47,869 nucleotides of DNA from a virus (Duplodnaviria; Caudoviricetes), in IMG/VR virus record IMGVR_UViG_3300020045_008030, positions 1-47,869 of that record; one strand, written 5' to 3'. A model generated the notes under the pieces. That model was not told the origin of the DNA. It worked only from the letters and a program-made list of their open reading frames with translations, and searched no databases. Below, one piece after another: positions 37,026-45,632 of this stretch. How positions within the stretch are numbered: the stretch's first letter is position 1; each line of letters opens with the position of its first letter. The position numbers and the translations under genes are program-made.

Positions 37026-37471
37026 TGAATCAGATTTATATTTCCTCAATTGAAGAATACGAATATTGTACTAATAGGGGTTACAATCCCCTATTAGACA
37101 ATCGTTTTAGTCTTGAGATTTCACTTAGAATTGAAATTCAAAGAGAATTGTTTGGGCAATGTGTTTTTGGTCGTGGAGATGTTGAAAAGGCAAATGAAAG
37201 GTTTTATAGATGGATTTGGAAACACAAACCTCATCAATGCGAGGAGACAATGAAGCCTTTACATTCTTATTCGTCAATATACATTTCACACATATTGACC
37301 CGTGGAGCTTTTCCAGAAATGGCACACGACCCGAGAAATGTGAATATTCTTTGTGGAGAAATGCACAATCTCTGGGAAAATGGAAATCGTTCATCAATGA
37401 GAATTTACCAGAAAAACGTTAGTACAATCGAACTTTTAACCTCAGAATATGCGAGTCAAAAAAAATCGTGA
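37025..37471 (+). CDS. HNH-like nuclease
   Basis: CEE..., SHIL..G, N..ILC...H..W pattern. Confidence 0.55.
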   Translation: MNQIYISSIEEYEYCTNRGYNPLLDNRFSLEISLRIEIQRELFGQCVFGRGDVEKANERFYRWIWKHKPHQCEETMKPLHSYSSIYISHILTRGAFPEMAHDPRNVNILCGEMHNLWENGNRSSMRIYQKNVSTIELLTSEYASQKKS

Positions 37472-37787
37472 TTTCTCAAGCGTATCAAGGGAATCAATGA
37501 AAAAGGATTTTGTTAATCCTATCATAGTTCAAGAGAAAAAACCTCAACCAAAAGAGGAAAAGAAAAAAGAAGGTCAAAGAATTATAGAAATCAATACTAA
37601 TTGCAGCTATGCAAAATTGGCAAGATTTCTCGTTGGTAAGCTTGTTAAGTGCATCGAAAAAAAAGAAGATTCTACCAGTGGTTGGTACGAGTTTATTTTT
37701 GATGATGATAGAAAGGCCCTTAATCGGGCTGGATATTGGTCAGATAATAAAAATAGGTATTTTTTAGAACGTCCTAAATTCAAATGA
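37449..37787 (+). CDS. Hypothetical protein
   Basis: 112 aa, overlapping its neighbours. Confidence 0.6.
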   Translation: MRVKKNRDFSSVSRESMKKDFVNPIIVQEKKPQPKEEKKKEGQRIIEINTNCSYAKLARFLVGKLVKCIEKKEDSTSGWYEFIFDDDRKALNRAGYWSDNKNRYFLERPKFK

Positions 37788-38218
37788 GTGTAAACAAAGT
37801 TATTTTATTGGGTTTCACTTGTAGAAATCCAGAAATCAAAAATTTTGATAGTGGTCAAAAGGTTGCTACTTTTTCATTAGCCACTAACAAGCGAGCGTAT
37901 AAACTTGCAAACGGAACAGAAGTCCCAGAACAAACTGAATTTCACAATTTAGTAATTTGGGGTAAATTGGCAGAGGTTGCAGAAAAGTATGTCAAAAAAG
38001 GCGATAAGCTTTATATTGAAGGGGAATTAAGAACCAGAAGTTATGAGGACAAATTAGGTGGTTCAAAGAGATACTTAACTGAAATTTATGTTTCAACCCT
38101 TGAAATGCTTTCGCAAAAAAATGACAATTCAAGTGTGCCGCCTCCGCCTCCATCACAATCACACAATCAAACATCTAACTTGCCAAGCAAAGGCGATGAC
38201 GATGACTTACCATTCTAA
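37784..38218 (+). CDS. ssb: Single-stranded DNA-binding protein
   Basis: SVNKVILLG, KKGDKLYIEG.L.TR and C-terminal DDDLPF. Confidence 0.97.
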   Translation: MSVNKVILLGFTCRNPEIKNFDSGQKVATFSLATNKRAYKLANGTEVPEQTEFHNLVIWGKLAEVAEKYVKKGDKLYIEGELRTRSYEDKLGGSKRYLTEIYVSTLEMLSQKNDNSSVPPPPPSQSHNQTSNLPSKGDDDDLPF

Positions 38219-38222
38219 AGAT

Positions 38223-38390
38223 ATGAGCAAAAAAGATTTTACCAAAAAATTAGAACAGCAACTCAGTAAGTTTGTTGATTTGCTTGCAGAGGGAATGATT
38301 AATTTATTTAAGACTTTAGTTTTAGTCTTTGTTTTAGCACTTTTTTGTTTATTTGCTTATAGAATCTATGAATTGCTAACTTTGCTTTAA
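38223..38390 (+). CDS. Small membrane protein
   Basis: ATG at 38223 after the ssb stop; C-terminal hydrophobic helix. Confidence 0.55.
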   Translation: MSKKDFTKKLEQQLSKFVDLLAEGMINLFKTLVLVFVLALFCLFAYRIYELLTLL

Positions 38391-38400
38391 CTGAAAAAAT

Positions 38401-38661
38401 ATGCGTTCAATACTGCTTTTTTTGTTGTTCTTTATTGTAGAAGAACAGATTCATATTTCTGGAAGGCTTTCTGAGTGGGTGGAGGTTGAGGATTTACCCT
38501 TTGCTGATTACCCATATTACAGCCGATATAGCACTGATTCACTGAGCAAATATTATTGCATTCGTCAAAGTGGAAAACTTTACATGGTAGGTTGTAAAAC
38601 CCTTACTGAAGACAATTTTCTTTGGAATCCAAAATATTTAAAAAGAGACGTTTTACCGTAA
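38401..38661 (+). CDS. Hypothetical protein with N-terminal hydrophobic segment
   Basis: 86 aa ORF. Confidence 0.55.
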   Translation: MRSILLFLLFFIVEEQIHISGRLSEWVEVEDLPFADYPYYSRYSTDSLSKYYCIRQSGKLYMVGCKTLTEDNFLWNPKYLKRDVLP

Positions 38662-39002
38662 TGGATGAAAGTTGTAGATTAAGAATTAATGTTCGTTCAT
38701 ACAATGCACAAATGAGCAAAGGAAACAAATCTTTAGCCTTAACTTATGTGCCAGAAATCAAGAAATCTTGTGAAATATTGGAACTTGACTGGAAGGTACT
38801 TTTAGGAATTGAGAGCGGATATATCATAAATGACTTATCCGTTCCACTAAAAGACAAAATAGGCGATTTAAGCGATTCAAGCCATATTTTTCAAAAACAT
38901 TGTATGAATTGCGGTAATGAGATAAAAGGGAAGAGAGCCGACGCTAAATTTTGTTCAGATAGATGCAAACGAATAAAAAATAAGTTGAAAAATGCAAATT
39001 GA
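38661..39002 (+). CDS. Protein with C-terminal zinc finger
   Basis: CMNCG...RADAKFCSDRCK; TAATG coupling at 38659-63. Confidence 0.65.
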   Translation: MDESCRLRINVRSYNAQMSKGNKSLALTYVPEIKKSCEILELDWKVLLGIESGYIINDLSVPLKDKIGDLSDSSHIFQKHCMNCGNEIKGKRADAKFCSDRCKRIKNKLKNAN

Positions 39003-39492
39003 CTATAAAAATTACAATCCAGAATTACACGACTGTTATTCTGCTTTGACCGTCAAGCAACCTTATGCCAGCGATTTGCTTACTTTTGAATGTAGCCAAA
39101 ACGGCTTTGATTATGCCGTTAAAAGCATTGAAGTAAGAACAAAGAAAACCAACTACCGAGGCGAACTTTTGATTACTTCGTCAAAAATGCCCGAAATATA
39201 CGGGATTGAATCAGGTGTAGTATTGGGATTTGTCGAAATCTATGATTGCAAATTAGTTAGCACATTTACAAAAGATGATTGGAACAATACCAGAATACCA
39301 ACAGACAAAAGAAAGTGGTATAAAAATGGTTATGGGTGGTTTATGAGGAATCCTCAAAGAGTTATAGAGTTGCCTGTTAGTGGTCAAGTAGGCATTTGGA
39401 ATGCCATATTTGACAAAGGGGAAATAATCAGATACCCGAAAAGCGTATTGTTAGACAAAAAAGGTTTTCTTCTTTTAAACGAAAAAAAATGA
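38992..39492 (+). CDS. ASCH-domain protein
   Basis: ALTVKQPYA, KSIEVR, T.YRGELLI and G.VGIW motifs. Confidence 0.8.
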   Translation: MQIDYKNYNPELHDCYSALTVKQPYASDLLTFECSQNGFDYAVKSIEVRTKKTNYRGELLITSSKMPEIYGIESGVVLGFVEIYDCKLVSTFTKDDWNNTRIPTDKRKWYKNGYGWFMRNPQRVIELPVSGQVGIWNAIFDKGEIIRYPKSVLLDKKGFLLLNEKK

Positions 39493-39725
39493 AAAGAATA
39501 GGCTTCAATTTATTTAATCTTGGTATTTACCTATATGTAGTTAATTATGTTTCAACAACATTTTTTATCACTCCAGCTTTTGCAATTGATTACATCAATG
39601 GAACAAATATCTACATTGATTTAGAAATTAGATTTTTGTGCATTGGCTTTGGCATTCACTTAATGATACGAAAGGACTACTATTTTAAGTATCCTTTCTG
39701 GAAGCTGTTTAAAAAGCCTCAATAA
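39489..39725 (+). CDS. Hypothetical hydrophobic protein
   Basis: 78 aa, ATGA overlap. Confidence 0.55.
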   Translation: MKRIGFNLFNLGIYLYVVNYVSTTFFITPAFAIDYINGTNIYIDLEIRFLCIGFGIHLMIRKDYYFKYPFWKLFKKPQ

Positions 39726-39777
39726 AATATTAAAAGCAAAAAGTATTTACTATATTTACAACTCAAATCAATTAAAA

Positions 39778-40020
39778 ATGAGTCCAATAGAATTTAAAGA
39801 GCAAAATGTTGTCTTCGGAAAAGACCAGCCAGCATACAATCCATTGCCAGCCTTTTTAAGCAACGATAATTTGGGAATGGTGGTTACAAAATGGGAATTA
39901 TCTGACGAAGAAATTGAGATATTGAAAACTCAAAAATGCGTTTGGCTCAAAGTTTTCACATTCAATGAACCTCTTCAACCTCAACTTTTGCAAGTTGAAA
40001 AGCCAGAAGAGTTAAACTAA
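39778..40020 (+). CDS. Conserved-looking phage hypothetical protein
   Basis: PIEF.EQN, QP.Y.PLPA, W.L..EE and TF..PLQP. Confidence 0.7.
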   Translation: MSPIEFKEQNVVFGKDQPAYNPLPAFLSNDNLGMVVTKWELSDEEIEILKTQKCVWLKVFTFNEPLQPQLLQVEKPEELN

Positions 40021-40027
40021 AAAAGCG

Positions 40028-40585
40028 ATGGATAAACTAACCCCGAATGATGGCGATTTAATCGCCATGATTAAAAGTCTAATTGGCGAAATGCCTACAA
40101 TCTACGATAGAGTAGATAGATTAGAATTTAATCTAAATGCTTCATCAGTAGAGCAAATGACTAAAATTGCTATCACAGAAGCAATAAAAGGCAAATTAGG
40201 CAAAAGGCTAATTTCATGTAATTTGGTTGATGATAACAAAAAAATCATCTTCTTTGCCAAAATTGATAATTACAAAGATTATCCGATTGAAGTGCGAGAA
40301 ATGCTTGTAGAACCAGAAGAGTTAGCAGGAACAAAGTATATTAGCAGAAACTTACACGTTCACGCTTTGAAGATTGAAAGAGAAAACCTTGAAAATCTCT
40401 TGAAGTTTACTGGTGGCGGGACAATGGAAATTCCAAGAACATCACAAGGAATAGCAAAATACAGTTTCATTGATTCGTTTGGTACAATGGTAACGGCACT
40501 CGAAGGACTTTATATTGTGAAATTAGAGTCTGGTAAGTTCAAGATAATGTCAGAGCCTGAATTTAAAGAAAATTACTATATATAG
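40028..40585 (+). CDS. Hypothetical protein with C-terminal G.YIVK...G.F......F...Y domain
   Basis: 185 aa; AGCGATG start context. Confidence 0.7.
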   Translation: MDKLTPNDGDLIAMIKSLIGEMPTIYDRVDRLEFNLNASSVEQMTKIAITEAIKGKLGKRLISCNLVDDNKKIIFFAKIDNYKDYPIEVREMLVEPEELAGTKYISRNLHVHALKIERENLENLLKFTGGGTMEIPRTSQGIAKYSFIDSFGTMVTALEGLYIVKLESGKFKIMSEPEFKENYYI

Positions 40586-40587
40586 CT

Positions 40588-40833
40588 ATGATTTTTGAAG
40601 TAAACACAAACCAAACTGATTATGTTTTTGCTAATAATCTTTCAGAATTATTGAAAGGATACGCAGAACTTTCAGAGCAAAATGGATTTACTGAAATTGA
40701 TATTATTGAAATTTCAGATGAACACGCATCAGCAATAAGCCTTCAATTTGAAAGTGATAATCGTATTTGTACTTTAGCAGAATTAGCCAATGATTGTAAA
40801 GAATTTACCATATTAGTAGAAGTTGAATATTAA
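40588..40833 (+). CDS. Hypothetical acidic protein
   Basis: 81 aa ORF. Confidence 0.6.
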   Translation: MIFEVNTNQTDYVFANNLSELLKGYAELSEQNGFTEIDIIEISDEHASAISLQFESDNRICTLAELANDCKEFTILVEVEY

Positions 40834-40919
40834 ACCAATAAAACTATGCAGCTTACAAGAGGTCCAACACAATAGTATCTTTATAGAATTCAAGAAGAAT
40901 AATAGTTTTAGGTTTAGGT

Positions 40920-40950
40920 AAAAGCCACTTTCATTTGATTGTGGCTTTTT
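40920..40950 (+). terminator. Intrinsic terminator
   Basis: AAAAGCCAC-N12-GTGGCTTTTT. Confidence 0.65.
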
Positions 40951-40966
40951 ATCATTTATTTGTAAC

Positions 40967-41200
40967 ATGAAGTCAAATAAACGCATTTTTTATTGTCAGA
41001 ACTTATGTGGTCAAGAAGATTTTGACATTGAAGAATGGAATAAAGCCTTAAAATATTGCAATGATGCTAATATTAAAGGCATTGAAAGAGATAAGATTTT
41101 GCATCCAGAAAAATTTCCATGCGAAAGACAATGCTTTAGTTGTATTGCAATAGTAGGCGATAGAAGATTAAAAACTAAAAAACTTTTAGAAAATGGATAA
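40967..41200 (+). CDS. Cys-rich hypothetical protein
   Basis: 77 aa, CxxxC and CxxxCxxC. Confidence 0.6.
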   Translation: MKSNKRIFYCQNLCGQEDFDIEEWNKALKYCNDANIKGIERDKILHPEKFPCERQCFSCIAIVGDRRLKTKKLLENG

Positions 41201-41360
41201 TAATTTATTAAATGACAAAGAATCAGAAGAATCAGAAGCCAAAGAGGTAAATGAAAGAGAATGGCAAGAATATATTTGGTCATTAAAGCGTGTTGAAAGC
41301 GTTATTGATGTTGATGGCAAGGAATATTCATTGAATTTTTTGCCATTTCTTCTTGAATAA
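41193..41360 (+). CDS. Small acidic protein (55 aa, not in ORF track)
   Basis: MDNNLLNDKESEESEAKE...; overlaps the preceding stop. Confidence 0.5.
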   Translation: MDNNLLNDKESEESEAKEVNEREWQEYIWSLKRVESVIDVDGKEYSLNFLPFLLE

Positions 41361-41453
41361 AGTAGATTAATGTATTGTTTTTAAATAAGTTTAAAAGTAT
41401 TTTGTTTTGATATTCGATGAACATAAAGAAAGGTTGAACTTAAATTTTATAAA

Positions 41454-42113
41454 ATGAGACGGAAAAAACCACTTGGCTATAATAAAAGGTCAGAAGAACA
41501 AAGGGATTATGATTTGTCTTTTTGTTCAAAATTGTTCCTAAAAGGTTATTCTTATAGAGATATAGTAGCAAAGCTGAATGAGGACCTAAAAAGGCGTGAA
41601 ATGCCTTACACAATAGGTTTGAGTATGGTTTTCTATGACTTGCAACAAATTTTAATCGAATGGAAAAGGGAAAGGCTTGACAATATTGATGATTATGTTA
41701 CTCAGGAACTTAAAAAGCTTGATAAAATTGAAATTGAGCTATGGGAGGCTTGGGAAGCTTCAAAAAATGGCAAAGTAAGGGAGAAGAATAGAACCTCCGC
41801 AAAACCAAAAAAGGTTTTAAGTGAAGATGAAAAGACAGGCGACTATTACGGATATGATGAAAAATCAATTGAAACCTCATCGGGCAACCCACGTTATTTA
41901 GATTTACTTTTAAATGTACAACAAAGAAGAGCAAAATTGCTTGGATTTGATGCACCTATTAAGATTGACGTGCCAAGTTATCAAACAGTTGCCAATGATA
42001 CGCCAAACTATGATATTAAAGGCATTCCAGAAGATTTATTATTTGCTGTTGTTGATAAGATTCAAGACTTGAAATTTGATAAGATTCAAAAAGAGAAAGG
42101 CAAAGAAGATTAA
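41454..42113 (+). CDS. Probable terminase small subunit
   Basis: N-terminal HTH (L..GYSYR.I), GNPRYL and RAKLLG.DAP; upstream of TerL. Confidence 0.6.
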   Translation: MRRKKPLGYNKRSEEQRDYDLSFCSKLFLKGYSYRDIVAKLNEDLKRREMPYTIGLSMVFYDLQQILIEWKRERLDNIDDYVTQELKKLDKIEIELWEAWEASKNGKVREKNRTSAKPKKVLSEDEKTGDYYGYDEKSIETSSGNPRYLDLLLNVQQRRAKLLGFDAPIKIDVPSYQTVANDTPNYDIKGIPEDLLFAVVDKIQDLKFDKIQKEKGKED

Positions 42114-42187
42114 TAATTGCATTTTTACAATTTATGATACCTTGATTTACGGGGTTTTTATTAAAAAGCCTATAACTATTTTAAGAT

Positions 42188-42391
42188 ATGGCGAAAAAGA
42201 AGCTTACAAGACAAAGAAATGATACAAATAATAGTCTATTTGTCGAACAAGTTGATTGTTTAAAGTGTATTTACTCTTCAATTGTTAAGTTTGATTTGAT
42301 AGAATGTAATAGAACTAAGTTCAAACCAACAACGCCAGCCACAAACTGTAAAGAACGAAAAGTTAATTGTGTATTTTTTGAAAAAAAATGA
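42188..42391 (+). CDS. Small Cys-rich protein
   Basis: 67 aa, ATGA-coupled to TerL. Confidence 0.55.
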   Translation: MAKKKLTRQRNDTNNSLFVEQVDCLKCIYSSIVKFDLIECNRTKFKPTTPATNCKERKVNCVFFEKK

Positions 42392-43953
42392 TGGATAATG
42401 TAGAAAATAATGAGAAACTTGAAGCCTATAAAGCTTTAATTGCTAACCCAGAAGCTTTAGTTTTGCACGCTTCACGGAAAAGACTATTAAACTTTTCCCG
42501 TTTTGTTTATCCAGAAATGATAGTAGAAAACTTTCACCAGGTGTATTATACTATTTTGGATATGTTCGCACATAAAAAAATTAAAAAACTTATTGTGCAA
42601 CAGCCTCCACAACATGGTAAGTCACAGGGTTCAAGTAGATTTTTGCCCGCTTATATGTTAGGGCTTAATCCTGATGAAAAAATATTCATTGGTTCTTATG
42701 CTGCAACAGTCGCAAGAGATTTTAACCGAGATGTTCAAAGGATTATAGATTCTCCTTTTTATCGTTCACTATTCCCAACAACTCGCCTAAACGGTTCAAA
42801 TGCCGTAACAATGTCAAATACTTTTTTAAGGAATTCAGACGTATTTGAGATTGTAGGTAAAAAAGGAAGTTTAAGGGTTGTTGGTCGTGGAGGTTCATTG
42901 ACAGGAAAAACAGTTGATGTAAGTATTTTAGATGACGTTTACAAAGACTATGCAGAGGGAAATAGTCCAATTGTAAGAGAAGCGGCTTGGAAATGGTACA
43001 CAACAGTTGTAAGGACCAGGCTTCATAACGATTCACAAGAGTTAATTGTATTCACTCGCTGGAATGATGATGATGTGATTGGTAGATTAGAAAAGTCTGG
43101 TGAATTAATTATTGAAATTACATCATGGAAAGACTTAGAAAACATTCCAGAAGGTGCATGGGTGCGATTAAACTTTGAAGCACTTAAAACAGGATTGCCA
43201 ACCGAGTTAGACCCAAGGCAACAGTCAGAAGCTTTGTGGGATAATCGTCACTCAAGAACAAAGCTCGAAGCACAAAAAAGGCTCGACCCAGTGCAATTTG
43301 AATGTTTATATCAGGGAAATGCAGGAAACTCAGAAGGGAAACTTTATCAACCCTTCAAAGTTTGGGCAGAAAAATCAGAATGGGGAAGTTTTATCCGTTC
43401 GGGGAATTATACAGACGTTGCAGACGATGGCAACGATATGTTATTTTCTGCTTGTTACGATATTTACAAATCAGAAAATCAAATCTTCAACGAAAGGACC
43501 AAAAGGTTTGAACCTTTACTTTTCGCACTCATTACCGACATGGAAATGACAAGCGAAAATACAGATATTACAACTGTTACAATTCCTCAAATGATTAATC
43601 GAAACGGCACGCAACGGGCTTGGATTGAAAGTAATGGAGGAGGCTCACAGTTTGAAAAAGTGATTAAGAAAAAAATAAAGGCTCAAACTTTTCCTTTTCA
43701 TCAGAAAGGGAACAAAGAAAGCCGTATTATCACATCGTCCGCAATGGTCAATCAACATATAATTATGCCACTTGGTTGGGAGACACGATACAAAAAGATT
43801 TATGACCATATCACTGGATTTTTAAGGAACTTTTCAGCTAATACGCACGATGACCCAGAAGACGGATTAACTGGTATTTACGAAAAAGAAATAGCAGAGG
43901 GAAATATTAGACCTTATTCGCATGAAAATAGAGGTGTTAAGGTTAGAAATTAA
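42388..43953 (+). CDS. terL: Terminase large subunit
   Basis: Walker A PPQHGKS, Walker B ILDD, TRW..DD, LYQG.., nuclease DVAD / IESN / HDD..D. Confidence 0.95.
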   Translation: MMDNVENNEKLEAYKALIANPEALVLHASRKRLLNFSRFVYPEMIVENFHQVYYTILDMFAHKKIKKLIVQQPPQHGKSQGSSRFLPAYMLGLNPDEKIFIGSYAATVARDFNRDVQRIIDSPFYRSLFPTTRLNGSNAVTMSNTFLRNSDVFEIVGKKGSLRVVGRGGSLTGKTVDVSILDDVYKDYAEGNSPIVREAAWKWYTTVVRTRLHNDSQELIVFTRWNDDDVIGRLEKSGELIIEITSWKDLENIPEGAWVRLNFEALKTGLPTELDPRQQSEALWDNRHSRTKLEAQKRLDPVQFECLYQGNAGNSEGKLYQPFKVWAEKSEWGSFIRSGNYTDVADDGNDMLFSACYDIYKSENQIFNERTKRFEPLLFALITDMEMTSENTDITTVTIPQMINRNGTQRAWIESNGGGSQFEKVIKKKIKAQTFPFHQKGNKESRIITSSAMVNQHIIMPLGWETRYKKIYDHITGFLRNFSANTHDDPEDGLTGIYEKEIAEGNIRPYSHENRGVKVRN

Positions 43954-44057
43954 AAAAATCTAAAAATAAAAACAAAATCCTTTGATATTAAAGAAATTCC
44001 TGTTATCTTCGATGTAAGAAATGAGAACAACGGTGTTCCATTAAAACAAGTAGAGCG
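43954..44057 (+). promoter_or_regulatory. Early promoter module plus leader (copy C)
   Basis: TTTG 43981-84, N19, TATCTTCG 44004-11; near-identical flanks to 23657-23760. Confidence 0.7.
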
Positions 44058-44216
44058 ATGAAAACGTCAAAAAACTTTCAAAAAACAATGAATGCTTACT
44101 TAGCAAAAAAACAGTTCAGATTGGCTTATGCGTCATTTGTAAAAATGAATGAAGCAAGATTAATTGAAGGGTTGCAGGCTTTAACAATGCCAAACTTACA
44201 AGCAAGATTTCAATAA
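44058..44216 (+). CDS. Small basic protein (52 aa, not in ORF track; cassette allele C, gene 1)
   Basis: MKTSKNFQKTMNAYLAKKQFRLAY...; follows the AGTAGAGCG leader. Confidence 0.65.
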   Translation: MKTSKNFQKTMNAYLAKKQFRLAYASFVKMNEARLIEGLQALTMPNLQARFQ

Positions 44217-44272
44217 AGGAGATTGATTCTCCTTTACTACTTTTTTTAACTTTAATAATTAAAACTATCACA

Positions 44273-44593
44273 ATGAAAAAATTATTATTAGCCTTTTTAC
44301 TACTTTTTAGTATTACTGTTTTTTCTCAAACGGTTAATCCAGAAACTAAAAGTCTTCCAGTATTCAAAGAAGACATCAATAGTCTTAATTATGTTGAAAA
44401 TTCTGATACTCATCATGCAGGATTTAAGTCGGCAAAGTTTCTATTCCTTGAAAAATATGTTTTTATAGATGAAACAGTTTACTATGTTTGTTATGATAAG
44501 AATAGTAAAAAGTGGATTGTGTTTGCCGTATTCCTCAGGAAGTATAATTTATGGCATATAAACAGAAAGTTTCTTTATCTTTTAACATTTTAA
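44273..44593 (+). CDS. Secreted protein with signal peptide (cassette allele C, gene 2)
   Basis: MKKLLLAFLLLFSITVFS-Q, a Bacteroidota-type signal peptide followed by Gln. Confidence 0.7.
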   Translation: MKKLLLAFLLLFSITVFSQTVNPETKSLPVFKEDINSLNYVENSDTHHAGFKSAKFLFLEKYVFIDETVYYVCYDKNSKKWIVFAVFLRKYNLWHINRKFLYLLTF

Positions 44594-44600
44594 TTTTCTC

Positions 44601-44631
44601 AATGGATGGCTTAAATAGTCATCCATTTTTT
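44601..44631 (+). terminator. Terminator of cassette C
   Basis: AATGGATGGCT-TAAAT-AGTCATCCATTTTTT. Confidence 0.8.
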
Positions 44632-44635
44632 GTTG

Positions 44636-44860
44636 TTAACATAAAAAGCCACAAACACAAGAACAATCGAATAATTTATTTACATTTGTATATCGAAAAT
44701 GGGCAAAGGGTAAGCCCTATTAAATAAATTTTAAAGTTAAAACAAAAATAATTATGGTTTGTTCATGCCCACTTTCGGCAGCTTTGCCAACTTTGCCAGC
44801 AATCACTTGTATAGAAGATTTCGGGCAAATTCAAAAAGTAGCATTTCAGCGTATTTTTAA
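44636..44860 (+). repeat. 225-bp exact direct repeat of 2495-2719
   Basis: Base-by-base identity; sequences diverge on both sides. Confidence 0.9.
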
Positions 44861-45386
44861 AGCAGATGGTTCAAAGAATAGTTTTTTGGCAACTGCAGAT
44901 ATGAAACTAAAGGCATCATGGACACCGCTTTTAGTTGCCGCTGATGATACTAAAGTAGTAATTAGTCCATACATTCAAGCCCCAACAACTGAACCGGGTG
45001 CCGCTCGTGAGTTCGGTGGAGGCAATGAAACTCTTGGTGGTGTAAGTATTATTGTTGGGCGTGAGCCAAGTCCTTTTACTGGAGTTTTTAGAGGTGCGCC
45101 ACAAAGTGTTATTAAAATTCTTAAAACTTTACAATGTGAAAACATTGGTGTTTATTTGTTTGATGAAAATGGTGCAATTGGTGCGATTGAAGACACGACT
45201 ACAGCGGGTAAATATTATCCGATTCCAATTCGTTCTTTGTTTGTTTCCGATAAAGGTTTTGGCGGTTTAGAAGCTCCAGACACAAACAACATTCAATGGA
45301 TGTATCTTCCCAATTATTCTGACGACTTGAAAAAAGTAAAACCAACAGATTTCAATCCTTTGACTGATTTAGTCGCAAGTTTATAA
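44754..45386 (+). CDS. Probable major tail protein, divergent copy 2
   Basis: 210 aa, few amino-acid changes but many synonymous changes versus 2613..3245. Confidence 0.5.
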   Translation: MVCSCPLSAALPTLPAITCIEDFGQIQKVAFQRIFKADGSKNSFLATADMKLKASWTPLLVAADDTKVVISPYIQAPTTEPGAAREFGGGNETLGGVSIIVGREPSPFTGVFRGAPQSVIKILKTLQCENIGVYLFDENGAIGAIEDTTTAGKYYPIPIRSLFVSDKGFGGLEAPDTNNIQWMYLPNYSDDLKKVKPTDFNPLTDLVASL

Positions 45387-45398
45387 CATCAAACGACT

Positions 45399-45632
45399 AT
45401 GGCAAAATTCACCAATGTAGAGCTTGAGACTTTAGATTCAAGTATAAGGCAAACATTTGAAATCAATCACGCTGAAAGAATTCTTCGAATTAGGGAAAGT
45501 GGTTGGCGTTTACCAAGTGATTCAAATTATTATTTAGACGACAATGGGATTGGATATAAAGAAAGCAAAAGAGGAGGTAAAGGCTCAAAAGAAACGCCAA
45601 ACGATTCAGAAGGCAGTAGCTCACCAGAATAG
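45399..45632 (+). CDS. Hypothetical protein, copy 2
   Basis: Paralog of 3257..3490. Confidence 0.7.
   Translation: MAKFTNVELETLDSSIRQTFEINHAERILRIRESGWRLPSDSNYYLDDNGIGYKESKRGGKGSKETPNDSEGSSSPE

Larger units (their letters stand above)
2495..44635 (+). mobile_element. One unit-length tailed phage genome (42,141 bp), siphovirus-like, probable Bacteroidota host
   Basis: Complete set of packaging, head, tail, lysis and replication modules; 2495-2719 recurs exactly at 44636-44860; Bacteroidota-type promoters. Confidence 0.9.

Noticed and set aside
40938-40952. 14-nt match between the 40920 terminator arm and the reverse complement of 2500-2513
   Set aside because: Short and AT-rich with no supporting context; probably chance
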